DNA from: Chrysomallon squamiferum
Taxonomy: Eukaryota; Animalia; Mollusca
Assembly (NCBI GenBank): GCA_012295275.1
Contig: CM022670.1
Coordinates: forward strand, 23,560,001 to 23,624,000
Length of the DNA: 64,000 bases
Direction: 5' to 3'
The position numbers and the translations under genes are program-made. Positions 41,101-56,097 of the stretch are shown one piece after another (positions within the stretch are counted from its first letter, which is position 1; every line of letters starts with the position of its first letter). The notes below the pieces were generated by a model, which worked only from the letters and a program-made list of their open reading frames with translations, was not told where the DNA came from and searched no databases.

Positions 41101-43312
41101 GTAGAAAAAAGTGAAGAAAAAAAATAATAATTCGGGTAGATGACGACAACCTGTGTTACTGTTCTTCGAGCTATAATTAAATTTTAACCCGACAAAAAGG
41201 AAAGGGCCATTATTACATCATTTGTCTCGTTAACCAAACTTCTAATCGAACCTTACCCGTTTTTACCAATCCATACGCCTTCATTAGCGATGTTTCAAAA
41301 ATTAATTACTACAATTACAGCGGAAAAAGTGTAATAAAATCTCTTATTAGCATTATTGATTGGAGAGATAAAATAATGGGTCTGGTGATATACGTCCACC
41401 ATTTCCTTGCAACAGCTGAAGGAAGTGACACAGCTTACCACATAATCGTTGACACAGACAAATAAAACATTGGAGTCGGTAAATAAATGTTTCCTGTTAA
41501 TAAGGAGAGATCTGAAACGAGGATGTCGGTGATCATTATAACCCACGAAGACGTCATTACTCTTTGTTGTGTTCCCGTTACGTATTGAACTGGTTTTGTT
41601 ACAGAATTTACGTTTTCACGTTTAACTCAATAGGATGTGTAGTTGGTTTGTAACGATGGAAGGTAACGTTGTAAACAGTGATTTTAATTCGTATCGACGT
41701 GTTTTCATGACTTGCTGTATCACTTATGATGGATGATGATGATATTTCCGATATGTCCTTGAGATGTATCTTTGAACTGAATATGATAATAATAACATCA
41801 GCAACAACAACAGCAATAATATGATTTTTTTTTTTTTTGAGAAAAAAAAAATTAACTAATAAAATAAGTGTATCTTTTTATTATCATTATCATTCCTCAT
41901 TGCTGCTTCTATTCGTATTATTATTAAGTTACGTGAATGCATATTCAAATTTAAAATGAATTCAGATTCAGATTTAAAATGGATATATTTGTTCAACTTT
42001 AAAACTACATATACACTTTCGTTAATTAATTTCCTTACAATATTTTGTGCTACTTTGGCGTGTGGTCTACGCGACATGAAACTACTTTGGTATGTGATCT
42101 ACAATTTAAAAGGCGATCTACAGCAAAAAAACAACAAAAATCAAACACCAATAATCTAGGAAATTTCTGTAAGATAAGAGGAAGATCTTAAAATCCTTAA
42201 ATATTAATGCATGATACAAATATAAGAACATCATATCCAGGCAAACTCCATTTCTGATTAGATATACGATTTTTTTATTATTCATTCCGACAAATAGCCA
42301 GCATATTCCTAATTAAGTCGTCTAAATTTCCAATACTCATGCGGTTCAAAGAACCTGGATGAATTCGAAAATTGGTATTTTGAAAAAGATGAGAGGAGTG
42401 ACCAAAGAACCTTCCAATTACACCCTGACTATTTCTGTTGGCTACAAATGAGGACGAATGCCGAAGATGTTTTATTTGCATTTCTAGGAGATGTTCGCTC
42501 AATTCATCGATACAATTATTCAGATTTGAATACGTTTTAGCCCTTGTTCCTATAAATAAAAGGAAAATTTGTTTCATTTATGCCGTGAAAAAAAAGAATA
42601 AAAACAAAAACAAAGAATAAACAAAATAATAATTAAAATAAGCGCATAGTTCATACAACAAAGTAGAATTTGCTCGGTATAGATCACTAGGTCGCGTAGA
42701 TCACACGCCAAAGTATAACCCAGTATTTGTTATAAATATTGACGTCATGCTTATTTACATTGTTGTTATTTTTAGGTTACGTGTGTATAACAGTCAGACA
42801 AATTACGTATTTCTCAAATTATTAACTATATACACAAACGTACGTACACGGCTTTGTTTCGTGTGAGAACCAGATAAAGTTGTGAGATAGATACATAGAA
42901 ATTCCGAGCATCCAGTTATTCTGTTGGCGACAGCAAACACACGTGGCAGATATACAATAGTAATCTACATAGGTGTGATCTTTCCATAGCTTGTCTGTTG
43001 TAAAGGGCAACGTAAACACACTCGACAAAACGAATGTCACCTTGATATTAACATTGTTGCCATAAGGTATGTTTTCTTTGTGCAAGTCTTTTCGAATGAG
43101 CTTTCAAGATAGTTAGAAATATTTATATACAACAAGAAAAAGCACTTTAACAAACCCCCTTATATACACATCAATCGATCCTTAGATATATGCAGACATA
43201 GATGCATATATACAGATATAAGTACATATATGCATACGTACAAGCATACATACAGGCATACACATAATATATACATACAAATACATGCATATAAATACGT
43301 TCGTATTTCGTT

Positions 43313-43375
43313 TTTCGTTTAATTCAAAGTGACAGTAAGCTGTTTCAGCTTACTGTCACTTTGAATTAAACGAAA
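43313..43375. repeat. Perfect inverted repeat: 30-bp arms, 3-nt loop
   Basis: tttcgtttaattcaaagtgacagtaagctg-ttt-cagcttactgtcactttgaattaaacgaaa, checked base by base. Confidence 0.97.
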
Positions 43376-45030
43376 TACACAACAAATGTCTGATTTCTCT
43401 AACTCACTGTTAATTTACTTCGGTGATTTAAATTTATACAAATCATTTCACAGTTTACGCCCGAAATGACTCCAGAATACAATGCAATTTTAAAACAAAC
43501 ACTGAAGTGCGTGAATTTACACCGAAATGCAACGATTCACTTAATTTTCATAACGTAAACAGCTGAAGTAAAATAATTGGTGTTACAGGTCGATAGCAGG
43601 ATTCCAGAGACTTGGAGACTCGCAGTTTTCTCTGAGTTTCTGGACTCATAATCCTGCTAATTGTGCCGCACAACGCGGTAAAGAGACGTGACAAACAAAG
43701 AACAAATTATTTTATCTCTTTCCTTTTTTTCTTTTTTTTTCCATTTAATTCTCTCATTTGTATCTTTGGATTGTCATCAGTTATCTGAGACAACAGAAAG
43801 GGAAAATGGTTTTCTTAATCAAAGCCGTATTACGTATAAAAGAAAAATGTATTTATATGTGTTGTGTGTGTGTCTTTTTTTTATCCTTATATGTAAATTT
43901 CTTCTTTTATATATATTTCTAGAAAAAGAAATGGAATACCATATTCAGTTAGGAGGAACTTTTCAAACAAAAAATAAGTGATACGAAAAAAAAAAATCGA
44001 TGGCAAACGAACTCTTAATGAAGATCTCACAGAATAAATAATTTTTTAAAAAAGATGGTACTTATTAAGGCTGTATATAACAAGTATTTCTTTTAATTAT
44101 ACACTGGAAAGTAAACTGAAATATAACTGTTATATAATAATTCTGTTTGTTTATCTTAAACTTAGTTAATATACGTGTAACTGTATTCTAATTTACTTTT
44201 TTCGATTCCTAAGTAGAAATAGATGTACATCTATCTGGAGCGTTGTGCAGTGAGCGAGATAACGTTCTAATATTAACTCTCACAAACGCGATATCTTAAA
44301 ATATAAAAAAAAAAACAATTACCGAAAACATCCATGAGTCTCAGTCAGCTATAAACAAAAAAATAAAAAAAATAAAAAGTGATACTCTGCACTGCACACA
44401 AACTTTACACGCAATCTGTACCACTCTTTTTTTTTTTTTTTTTTTTTTTTTTTCATTTTCCACATTCTTTATTAATTTTCCTTCCCCATCGTTAGTAAGT
44501 GCGAAATCTCACGTTATTTATTGTCTTGAAAATGTAAATACGGCAAAACAGACTTGATTGCTTAAGAATAATGTTTATATTTTACACTACACACTTCATC
44601 ATATTTACCACGATACTATCACATGTCTAAAATATTATGTAATGGTGATATACTAACTGAAGTGTTATGTTAGGAAACAAGAAAGCCAGATTGCAGTATC
44701 ATGATATATCTATTTATCTTTATTTTCACAAACCTTTTTTTTTTTTTATATATGCCAGTGTAATTATGGTTATCTAACAGTCGTACAATGGAAACTAGGT
44801 CACAGAAAAAGAAATCCATGTCCGTTTATTATAATACAACTTCTAACATTTTAGTAATTATTTTTTTATATATATATATATATATACCAATTTAATAAAA
44901 TGCCAAGGTTTTAAGCCGTGAAACTTTGTTTGGAAAAACAAATAATTAAAAATTTACTCTGACTGTACGTTGTGTATGGGGAATTGAGTCCATTTACAAA
45001 TAAAATTAATATTCCTTTTTTGTAATTAAA

Positions 45031-45149
<119 letters not shown>

Positions 45150-48100
45150 GTATCTTTCGACAAAAACAAACTATAAAAATGTTTTAAATGTTAATTGATC
45201 ATCAAGTAACATTAAACAAACTACAGATTTAAAAATTTCATATACTAAAATGAAATTTGGAAAGATGTTTGAGGACTAAACAGAAATTAATTAATATAAT
45301 AATAATAATAATAATAATACATTATTGTCAAGAACAAAAATATTCTAAAAATGACTATATTATTTTTATAGCCTTAGAGTACATTTAATTTGAATATTTT
45401 TCATTATTTCAGTTTAAAACCCGAGCTGGGTGCTTTGGTGTTAACTTACATTTATTTTAATGTAAGGACACAGGATACAAATGTGACTGTTTAGAATACA
45501 GTATATCGGATATATCACATATCTTGCTTACTTATCTTTGTTTTGAAATATGTCATATATATGTAAATATCAGTTTACTATATGAATTTTCATTCTGCGA
45601 AACATGAAGTATCAGTTCTCTTGTGCGCTGTCTAAATGGGTTAATCTAAACATTATTTATTTCAAGAAAAAATGTTCTGCTGTTTAAAGTAACAAATAGC
45701 TGATTTTTCTAATTTCATCTGAATTACTTTTTACTAAAACTAATTACATCTAAGCATACTGAAAAACGTGTTTAATAGAATCGAGTGCTTAAGCCGAAAT
45801 GAAGTCCGTGTGTGTGTGTGCGTGCGTGGTTGTGTGTATGTGTGTGTTTCTGTGTGTTTGTATATGTTTGTATCTATTCGTATTCGTCTGTATTCTTTAG
45901 TGCGTAAATGTGCGTGTAAATGAAAACAGGCACACTTGCGTGTATATGTACCAAGACCGCTACATTCATCTTATCTTCAGATTCAAATCTGACGTGTATC
46001 TTTATTATTTTTAATCGCGTATTTGTTTCCACTAATTTAGCATATCTAAATAACAGATATAAGTAAAAAAACCTACATCTCCACATAAATATACTTGTAT
46101 CATCATACTTCACCGTTATGTGGTTGTTAAAATTACAACCATCATCACCAATCGCAACAAATAATATTATCTTCACAAACAGGACAGTTGAACAAAGCAT
46201 GAAGTCATACGTATATATATACATTTGCAGTTTCTGTGGTACTTCGAGATGTCTAAGTTTGTTAACAGCACTCTTTCACCTGTGTGACAAAACCTCGCAC
46301 TGAAGTCAGACTGTATTACAGTGTAAACGTGTACGATGAAGAGATTACTGTGATGCATCTGGATAATGTTGGAAATACAAGCGCATGAAAATGATTAAAA
46401 ATGTCAAAGTTGGCAGATGGTAATTTTTTCTTATTTAAAAAAAAAAATGTATGTTTATATGTATCAGTGTTTATAGATGCATCTATGGATGTGCCTACGT
46501 GTTTGTGTGTGCTTATTATGTTTCTCTGCGTATGTACGAATAGGTGATTGAATGTACACATCACAGTGTGTTTTATTATTCAAATAAGCATCTATTTTAA
46601 AACTATTTTCATTTCTTTCAGTAGTTTTTTTTTTTTTTTTTTTTTTTTCTCGCATCAAAACATCGAAACGGTTTTATCCTGCCGGCTGTTCAGTCATCAT
46701 CGCCGAGCATCACGGCAGTCACGTGACTATGAATCTGTTAACAACATCTGCAACAGAAACGAGACGTCCCCGTCACGAGCCACGAAACACGTGATATTCC
46801 GTGGTCAGCGCTATAATCAAGCGTTTCAAGTAACTTCACAACAGCTCGCTCTGATTAGCACGTTAAATTTTTTCCATTCCATTCCAACAGTGAACTAAAA
46901 ATCTAAGAAGATTAAGTTTAATTATGTCCCTAGTTAACCGTATTGTACGATTGTGTAGTGTTTTGATGGATGTCGAGTCTATGCATACTGCATACTACAC
47001 GTTTACATGCATGCGTATTGATTTATTCATTGTTTAATGTATTATACATACATACATATATACATATATTTATATATTCCGACCTATATACGTACATAAA
47101 CATACATACATACGTATGTATTATACGTAGGTGCATATTTTTACCGACCTATATACATACATAAACATACATACATATATATATACATATATATATATAA
47201 ATGCTTATAGGTAGGTAGGTAGGTAGATACATACGTATCTACATATCTATATATGTACGTACGTACTTAACGTAAAAAGAAAGTAATATCAACTGGGTCG
47301 CTGGTTCCGAGAGGACACTAACAAACACTGATTCAGCAGAACACTCTTTCCTGCTCCGTGCTGTCTTTCCCTCTGTTTCTGACAACAGCATATTACTTTA
47401 TTACAACAATACTTGACATACTTTGTCCTATGCTTGCGTGCGCCCAACGTGCTTGTGTGTGCGCCACTGTACACAATATGAACCGATATAAATTCCTCAC
47501 GTTTCTTTCCCCATACTTCTGACCCGGTATAAAGCAGACTAGTTGCCGTATTAATAAATTGTTAACATATGCGTCGAACTGCTTGGATTAAGACTCGGAA
47601 ATAAAAGTTCTCATTCGACGACTTCACTCCAAAGGAGAAAAGAACTTGTTTACAGACAAATATTATTATCGGTAGGGGAAACTTTATTATTCTTCGTGTT
47701 AGGCTGCGTTAATATAAAACTGCTTGTCAGATTTTGTTGTAATAAAAATGTACAGTCTTAGATGTTCCTTAGCGGTTATTGTGTTGTGTTTTATGTGAAG
47801 AAAATAATTGCTTGTAAATTGCGTTCGAAGGAAAGGATAAGGTAGGATAAACAATAATTTTTACAACAACAACAAAAATATAAACGTATAAATCTATTAT
47901 CATATCATCTACAAGCAAATTTAAATACTGTCACTACGATTCAGTTGTAATACGTTTTATAAACACTTAATAACATTTATAAACAAATACAAATGTGTGT
48001 GTGTGTGTGTATCTATGTACGTCTGTGTATGTATATGTATCTATCTATATACAAGTAGATATGTATGTATGAACGCGTATGTGCTTGTGTGTGTGTGTAT

Positions 48101-48310
48101 GTATCTGCGTATATATATCTTAAATTGTTCTGAAGCTTTTGTGAGTTCCAGATTACGTTGGTTCTATAAACACATACACGATGAATGCTGACAAAACCTG
48201 AAAACATTAATAACTGAAATTGAGAATTTCGCAACAGACGTAAAACAAACTGATCAATATTAGTTGTTAATATTTCGTACACAGGTTAGTTAGTACAGGT
48301 AAACTCTTAC

Positions 48311-48370
48311 CTGACATTCCATTTCCTGTATTTCATCAATGGTATCGGGTGGGTCTTCTTTAGCACCCAT
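48311..48370 (-). CDS. Candidate alternative first coding exon: MGAKEDPPDTIDEIQEMECQ, phase 0
   Basis: Kozak aatATGG, 20 protein-like codons, near-consensus donor CAG|GTAAGA. Confidence 0.55.
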
Positions 48371-49664
48371 ATTTAGTCATAATGATCAGAACAGCTGAAG
48401 GGGTATTTTGTCCGGTTTGTATCCGAGAGAGAAGATAGAACAACACACACATATCACATGACGGTGACAGAGACAACAAACAACAGTCTACAGGTAAATC
48501 CAGTCCTCACACAGTCGTTGTGTATTCGTGAACTATTACTAAGCGAGAAAAACAAGAGTGGGGAAAAAAAAAAAAAAATCGGGACACGTGTTAATAATAT
48601 TCATAAATATATTGCTGACTTCACAGCATTGTCCTATTAAAATCTTTGACTGAATTCTAGACAGCCGAGAAAGAGAAAATTCGATAAACAGAGCGGAGGG
48701 ATGGAAATTACTACCTATACAATAAAAGGCTTACATTTCTGCATTGAACTACGGATTGACAAGCACTGCCAGCGGAACATGGTAAAGGGCGATAACTACA
48801 AGCGTAATCACAATCATCTGGGAATTCTCGCGAAACAAAAACAATAAAGCGTCCCGTCAAGGCAGCCTGGTACGAGTTTGCTTTTTATTCTCGATTATAC
48901 TTTGACAATACTTAATGGCACAGCACACGTTACGTATTAGAGCGGCATCTATCGATTTCAAACGAAAGTATACAACATATGTAAAACGCCAGTGCGTTTC
49001 CTTTTCATCTGAAAGTGAAAACTGGGTTGAAAAACGACTATTACATCGTGCTGCGTTTTCTCCAAAGTTATTGTTCTCAAAAAGTTTTCCGCGTTACTTT
49101 TAAAAAAAATAAAAAATAAAAAAATAAAAAATAAAAATGTTTGGCAGCTAACCCGGAATGTTAATTATCGATGACGTGACCTCGTCATTTGACCACAGAC
49201 TGAGTCCGATGTTTACCAGACTGGCAAATACCAAACATGTTGAACTGAGAGAGAACACGATTGAACACCGCTTTGTCTGTTCGTTTTCGCTGATACAGTA
49301 CTGGGACGATTCAGTCTCTTATGTTTGCCGAATCGCGGCTGCTTTTCTGTACTCGGCGAAGTTTGGGAAGTGTCCAACAGCAGTCGCCTTCCCATGGAAA
49401 GCTTGTCGCTATCGTTCTAGGCTGATGTTTGAGATATCACCTCGCTATGAAAACCATTATTAGGTGACATATCAATGTGACACCCACCGAATTTTGAAAA
49501 AAAAAATATTTCAGCGGAGCGTCTTAGTTGGAGGTATTTTAGGAATTCAGGTCAAAGAATTAGTTACAAATAAAAAAATAAAGAACAAAAACAAAGCGTT
49601 ATGAAGTCCTAACATTCAACTGAGATTCCGATAATATGCACGTATAATGAATGTATCAGATGCA

Positions 49665-49940
49665 ATGAACACACACATAACACACACACTCAGACACACA
49701 TACACACACACACACATATACAACCATTCGTCCATACACATATTCATTTAAAAACACACATACACATATATATATACACACACATACATACATACATACA
49801 TACATACATACATACATACATACATACATACATACATACATACATACATACATGCATACAGAGATACACAAATACATATACATACGTACACAAACACACA
49901 CGTATACATAGATACATTCATATATACATACATTCACATA
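49665..49940. repeat. CA/TA-rich tract with perfect (CATA)n core at about 49782-49852
   Basis: Seen directly. Confidence 0.95.
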
Positions 49941-50200
49941 TCTATAAAAAAAAAAAAAACTGCTTTGGCCTTCTACAAAAAGAAAAACAAAAATCTCTTG
50001 AAGATTTGATCGTTCTCGGAGGAATGAAACCATCTGACACATTTCCTGTGTTATTGGACAGTGGAGAGAAGTGTGCACGCACTGATTTGGAAAATAATCT
50101 GTACAGACGCTGCAGATAGATTTACACAATTACTCGCATGGGATCTTTGATGCGTTCTGCTTCATGATACTTTTCAGGTGGGACTTTCGTTCTTACCCAC

Positions 50201-50369
50201 TCATATCTGTCTGATAACAGCTCATTACACTCATACCCACTTGTAATAACCGGTTACGTTCATATCCTCTTGTAACAGACAGTTACGTTCATATCTACGA
50301 AGTAACAAATGGTTACTCAAGTAACAAAAAATGATTATGTTCGGTTCACCAAGTAATAACTGCTTACAT
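50201..50369. repeat. Degenerate minisatellite of about 29 bp (about 6 units) with internal GTAAC-N5-GTTAC dyad
   Basis: Units start tcata at 50201, 50231, 50260 and 50289; example unit tcatatcctcttgtaacagacagttacgt. Confidence 0.8.
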
Positions 50370-53300
50370 TGTCAGGATGATCTTTTGGATTATCGATCAT
50401 TTAAAAAATATATATATATTCGATATGAATTTCTTGATCGATTCTGTAAAAGCTTTCTTTAAATCTTATAGTGCTGCAGAGATATTTATGGTAATGCAAA
50501 AACTGGAAATCATTAAATTATAACCACTGTCAGAGTGCTTGTAAAATTTTAAAGCTGGTTGCTTCTGAATTACATTATTACTTTATGTTATATTCGTAGT
50601 AGTTTTACCTCAGTATTATGCATTGCCTTTGTTGTTGTTGTTTTTTGCTGGGAGTTTTTTTCTGTCATTATCATAATGTTCACTCACTCACTTGTCTGTT
50701 TTTTGCTCCTTTCCATCAAGAATATATTGGATGGAGAAAAACTTTATTTCTGTTTTTTAGTACCGCAAATGAAGGATAGTATTTAAAAAATATGGCTGAA
50801 GACTTGATCAGAGCCACAGTAACTGATCAGTGCTGCCCGCCTCTCTGTTCACTGTGTTAATGTTTGGGTGAATGTTTTTCTGACAATGGAAAATTCCTAT
50901 AGGTCATTTTTTTCTGAAAAAAATACCAAAAGTTTGATATTATCATTCTTACGCTTCGAATATCGTTAAAAATAAAGAAACAATAAATTACCATTAAAAA
51001 AAAAAACATTAACAATAATTAATTCAAAAAAATAAAATATTCAAAACGAAAAATTCATTAACATTCCAAAGACTTTGACACAGCTGTCCAAGAGTATTGT
51101 TTAGAACGGGAAAAAAAAAAAACGAACGTGCCGGCGAGACGAGTTACGTCCATGCCCTGTCTCTTTCTGTACTTTGTATCAAAAGCCGCCCGTCTAGAAT
51201 AAAGTGATTTATTTCTACTGTAAATGCAATTTCCTCGCCACTTACCGGTTGTGTGCTGTTTGCGCTGTTAAAAAAAGTTTTAATGAAACTCAATCTAAAC
51301 TTAAGGTAAAGTTAACTTATTGGTTTATGGTGCTGGCTGAAGATGTAAACATCATTACACTGTCACGCAAACTGACATGCCGAGGAAGTCATTCTGCCAA
51401 ATTGGTTCAGCACGTAAAGTGTATCGGGGTTTCGGTTTTCTCTTAAGTTCACGGGATCTCGGTATGCTGTTGAAAAAAAAAAAAAAAAAAAGCGTGTGGA
51501 GTTTTATTTTGTTTCTTATTAACTAACCGACAAACCCGTTAACGAAACAAGTAAACATAAATCTGTGTTACAGTTCTAAATCTGTTTGTTTGGGTCTGTT
51601 CGTAGGTAAAGTAGGTAAGTGTGTATTTGTGGATACACGTGTGTGTGTGTGTGTGTTTGCATGTTTGTATGTGTGAGTATGTTGTTGTTACTGTTGTTTT
51701 GTATGTATTTGTGAATGTATGCATTTATATATAAATAAGTAGGATGGCATGTAAGAATGTGTTTACGTACGTATACATGTATGTATGTATGTATCTATGT
51801 ATATATCAGTTTGTATTTTTATGTATGTGTGAATATGCGAAGGAATGCATGAAGGAATGCATATATGGCCATACGAATGAATTAGTGTATGTGTATGTAT
51901 AAGTAAGAATGTATTATATGTGTTTGTAATTACGTGTGCAAGAATGTACGGATATATTTGTGTGTGTGAATGTATCTATGTATGTATGCAGGAACCGTTT
52001 CTCGTTTTGCTGAATTTATTCGTTGCTTTTTATACTATTAAAAAACCGACCAATCTCAGTTTTTTCAAAGACTTACCAGCAATACGTAATAACAATAATA
52101 ACAACACAACAACAACAACTATAACAAGAAAATAACATAACAACAACAACAGCAGCAACAGCAGTAGCAACAGCAATAACAACAAAATAATAATAATGAT
52201 AATAATGATCATGATGATGATGATGATAACTATTTTTAATTCAAATACTGCACTTAGTAGTTGGTTGTGAACAGTTGAAACGAGTCCTCGGCGAGATAAA
52301 AGATAGCAGGGGAAACAGACAACGTCATACACATTGCAGTTGTCAGTTCTGACATTTGTTGTTGTTGGTGGTTGTTTTAGTCAGCTATACTATCAGCGCA
52401 CGTGTTGTAGATTATCAAACTGAGATGACTGTGCACACCACCTGACTCCTCTGTAAACAGACATCATGTTTTATAAGAGAGACTTTCAGTTCATCTTTTC
52501 TTTTCTTCTTCATTTTTATTTTTTATTTTTCTTTGTTGTTTGTTTGTTGTTGTTTTGTTTTTGTTTTTTTGTTTTTTTTGTGTGTTCACTACCTTACATC
52601 TATTTTCTTCTAATTTGTATGATATACAGTTTTTGTCTGTCTGTCTGTCTGTCTGTCTGATCTATGTATCTATCTCAGGGACGATTTAAAGCACAGGCTC
52701 TTCGATCATAGCGGCTCCGTGCTAATGTATGTATGTATGTTGTGACGGTTCTCACCAACTTGATTAATTTCACAGCTAAAATGTTCCCGCATGGTTTATC
52801 CGTCTTTTTATTTATTTCGTCAGGATAACACTTATTGTATATAAAATATTTTGAAAATCTCTAATTTGCTGGTACTACAAGTTGGATTAATATAAAATAA
52901 TAGTATTAATCAAATCAATAAACACTGAAAATCAATGGTCCGAAAATATAAACAAATTTATCAAATTAAAAAAATACAAAAATTAAAATTAAAAATATAT
53001 AGAATATGGTAACAACCAGTTAATGAGAAAAAAAAAAAACTCATTAAACAAAAGTCATTTATATATTATCTAAGGTTTAAAACAAGAAACTAATGTCTAA
53101 ATCATGTGGTTTTCATTTCATCAAGGCACCCGCCTATATGAAAAAATCACGTTTTTGAAACAGATTGCTGAAAAGAACACTCATTATCAACACCTTCTAA
53201 ACTGATCGCACAATTATAAGGTATAATTAGGTACTTAATTAACATGCAATATACTTTAAATTATGAAAAAAAAATATGTATTCAATTAATTTTCAAGTAT

Positions 53301-55959
53301 CAAGCATACTATATTTTATTTTTATATTAATGAATAAGAATAAGCTACAGAATGTAGTATGTTGTGAACAATCTACAGTGTGTATCATATGACGTGTGAT
53401 ATTATAAATACGTTTCCATCAAATAATGTATAATTTTTTTACATTAGTTTATAATAAATACGAAATAATATATTCTATTTTTAATCCATCTCCATTAAAC
53501 ATCATATTATGCAGTAGATATGTAGATAGGTAGACTGACAGGTAGGCAGTCGATGTTTTTTTAATTTTAAAACAGCGTGTAAACACATCATGTATAAAAA
53601 CTTAATCTTCACTATACACCGCATAACAAATTTAACAAACAACAATAAACATTATTACACGCACTTCACCGATCTACAGCAGACTGAAATCTTTCTACAT
53701 TATCAAGATGAAAACTTATGGATGAGAAACATATTTAAAGAAATAATAAATAATACAATAATAATCATACACGATAAGATTTTTTGGTACACATCCAGAC
53801 AGACAGGGTTGTAGAATTTTCCTTTCGGACACTCGGGGAATTTGGAAGGGATTGTCTAATTATAACGTATAATATGAAAATGTCGTAGCTTCCACAACAT
53901 TAATCCGATTCCAGTGCCCGTAGGAGGATTCTGGCTGATAAGTGTCCAGATTAAAATGGCTGACTAGAAATTACAATGCCTCTGGTAATCTTTATTAACA
54001 CGGTTTAAAACTAGGTGCAGAGGTTGTCTTGGGCAGAACACGATGACGAATCCACAGCCAGTTTGCTTGAGTAGTTATCAAGAAGAAAGTGAATATGTCC
54101 ATAATAATTACCCATATTTTCTACTGTCTAATTTGTAAATATATTTTAAATTTAAATATTTTGATTTTGATTTTTATTTTGATTTTGCAACATTTCTGTA
54201 TGTCTGTACGTTAATCCATTAAAAAATGAAAAAATGTACACGTATATTTTAAGTTTTTTTAAGTTTTATTTATTTATTTATTTACTGTTGTTGTTGCTGC
54301 TGTTGTTAATATTTTTACTTTAATTGCTGTTATAGGAAAAAATATATATATTTTTTTCATCTGAATTGTATTACTTATTCGAAACAGTATCAAACCTAGA
54401 TATTTAAAATAACAATAATAAAATAACTGCAGTGCATACTGTATTTTAACAGTAACCGTGAGACAATAATATGATCCAACTAATGTTTTTCCCAATCTAA
54501 CCATTTCTAGATGGACACAGACATCTTTCTTGATTTCAAACTCAGTCCGACATTTATATCTTCTTGATTTAGTATTCTGCAACCTTCTGTATCATGCCCT
54601 GTTTATTATCTACTGATCGACTCCGTCAGTTCTGCACTTTTTCTCAAGTTTGCCCAGAATGTCACTATTACACGATTAATTGTTCACTTTGGTAATAGCA
54701 TTTTCATAGTTATAAATCAGGTCTCGTTCCCGCGCCAAACTACAATATCGTGGTATTTCTCGCGTCTGTTTAGAGCTCCCAGAGGAAGCAGGCCAGGAGA
54801 TGACATTAAGAACAAATCATCTGACATTTTCAGGAAAGAGAAAAATCAGTTTCAGGAAGAAGCCGTTTCAAACTGACCAGCTTCGATAAAATTAATATAT
54901 CTTCGTTACTAGTTGATTTAATTGTTTGTTTTGTTTTATTTTTATTTTTATTTATCTATTTTTTTTTTTTTTTTTTTTTTATGTAGACGAATTGAATACT
55001 GACTACAGATTTTTGTTTGTTTGTTTTTACAGTGCACCATTCACTCATCCTTTTTCATGTATTTTATTTTTTTTTTTTTTTTATTACATTTAATTTTATT
55101 GAATTTGTAATTTAATTTTCACTTTTCTTGTGTAATGCTTCTTTTTTTTTTCTTCTATTTTTTTCTCTGTCGTTTCAACAAAAGTCAATGACGTTGATGG
55201 TGTTGCTGCTCATTTTCTGATATCTGAATTCACCAGTCTGCGAGGCACGTTTACTGGCAGAGCGATCCAGATATGAGTTACTTACTTGGATACTGTACAA
55301 CTTTATCTATTTTTAATACCATTTAGAAATACTTTTTCTATTCGTAATCCCCCTCAGGTTTTTTTTATTTTATTTTATTTTTTTTGTTTTTGTTTTTGTT
55401 TTTTTATTTTATGTTTTTTTGTTCTTCCTTTTTTGTACTTTATTGTTACCAAAGAAAGCATTATGATGTTGAAATCCTTATTCTAGTAAGAATTATTATT
55501 TTTTTATCTTAATTAACATTTCTATATATATATTTTTTTTTTTTTTTATTAGAAGACAACTTAAAATTCTATTTCTCAATTATCGAATATTATCAATGTA
55601 ATTACCGAATAAAATTCAAAGAATGGTATATCTATCTGAAAAAGAATTTTTTTAAAATAAAAAAAAAAAAAAAATATGATCTTATAAAATAATCGATTTC
55701 GCTTCTCCATAATTGTAATTATTTTAAAAGGATTTACATAATCAATACAATAGTTCTTTATAACTGTGTTTCGTTCTTGTCATTAGTGTGTTAATGCGTA
55801 CACAAACAAAACAGTTAATATGCATGTATATATACACATATTCACATACGAATGTTTGCATTTGCACATAAAAGTATATACGTACTGCATACATTCACAC
55901 ACATTCACATCCACAGTCACACACATACGAAACATGTATATTTATGTATATTTACCGTA

Positions 55960-56097
55960 GAGTTGGTGGTGATGTTGTAATAGTAGTAATAGTTGTAGTA
56001 GTTTTAGTATTAGTAGTAGCAGCACTAGTAGTTTTAGTAGTAGTAGTAGTAGTAGTAGCACTAGTAGTAGTAGTAGTAGTAGCACTAGTAGTAGTAA
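55960..56097. repeat. Degenerate (AGT)n tract with repeated gtagcacta interruptions
   Basis: Seen directly. Confidence 0.9.
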
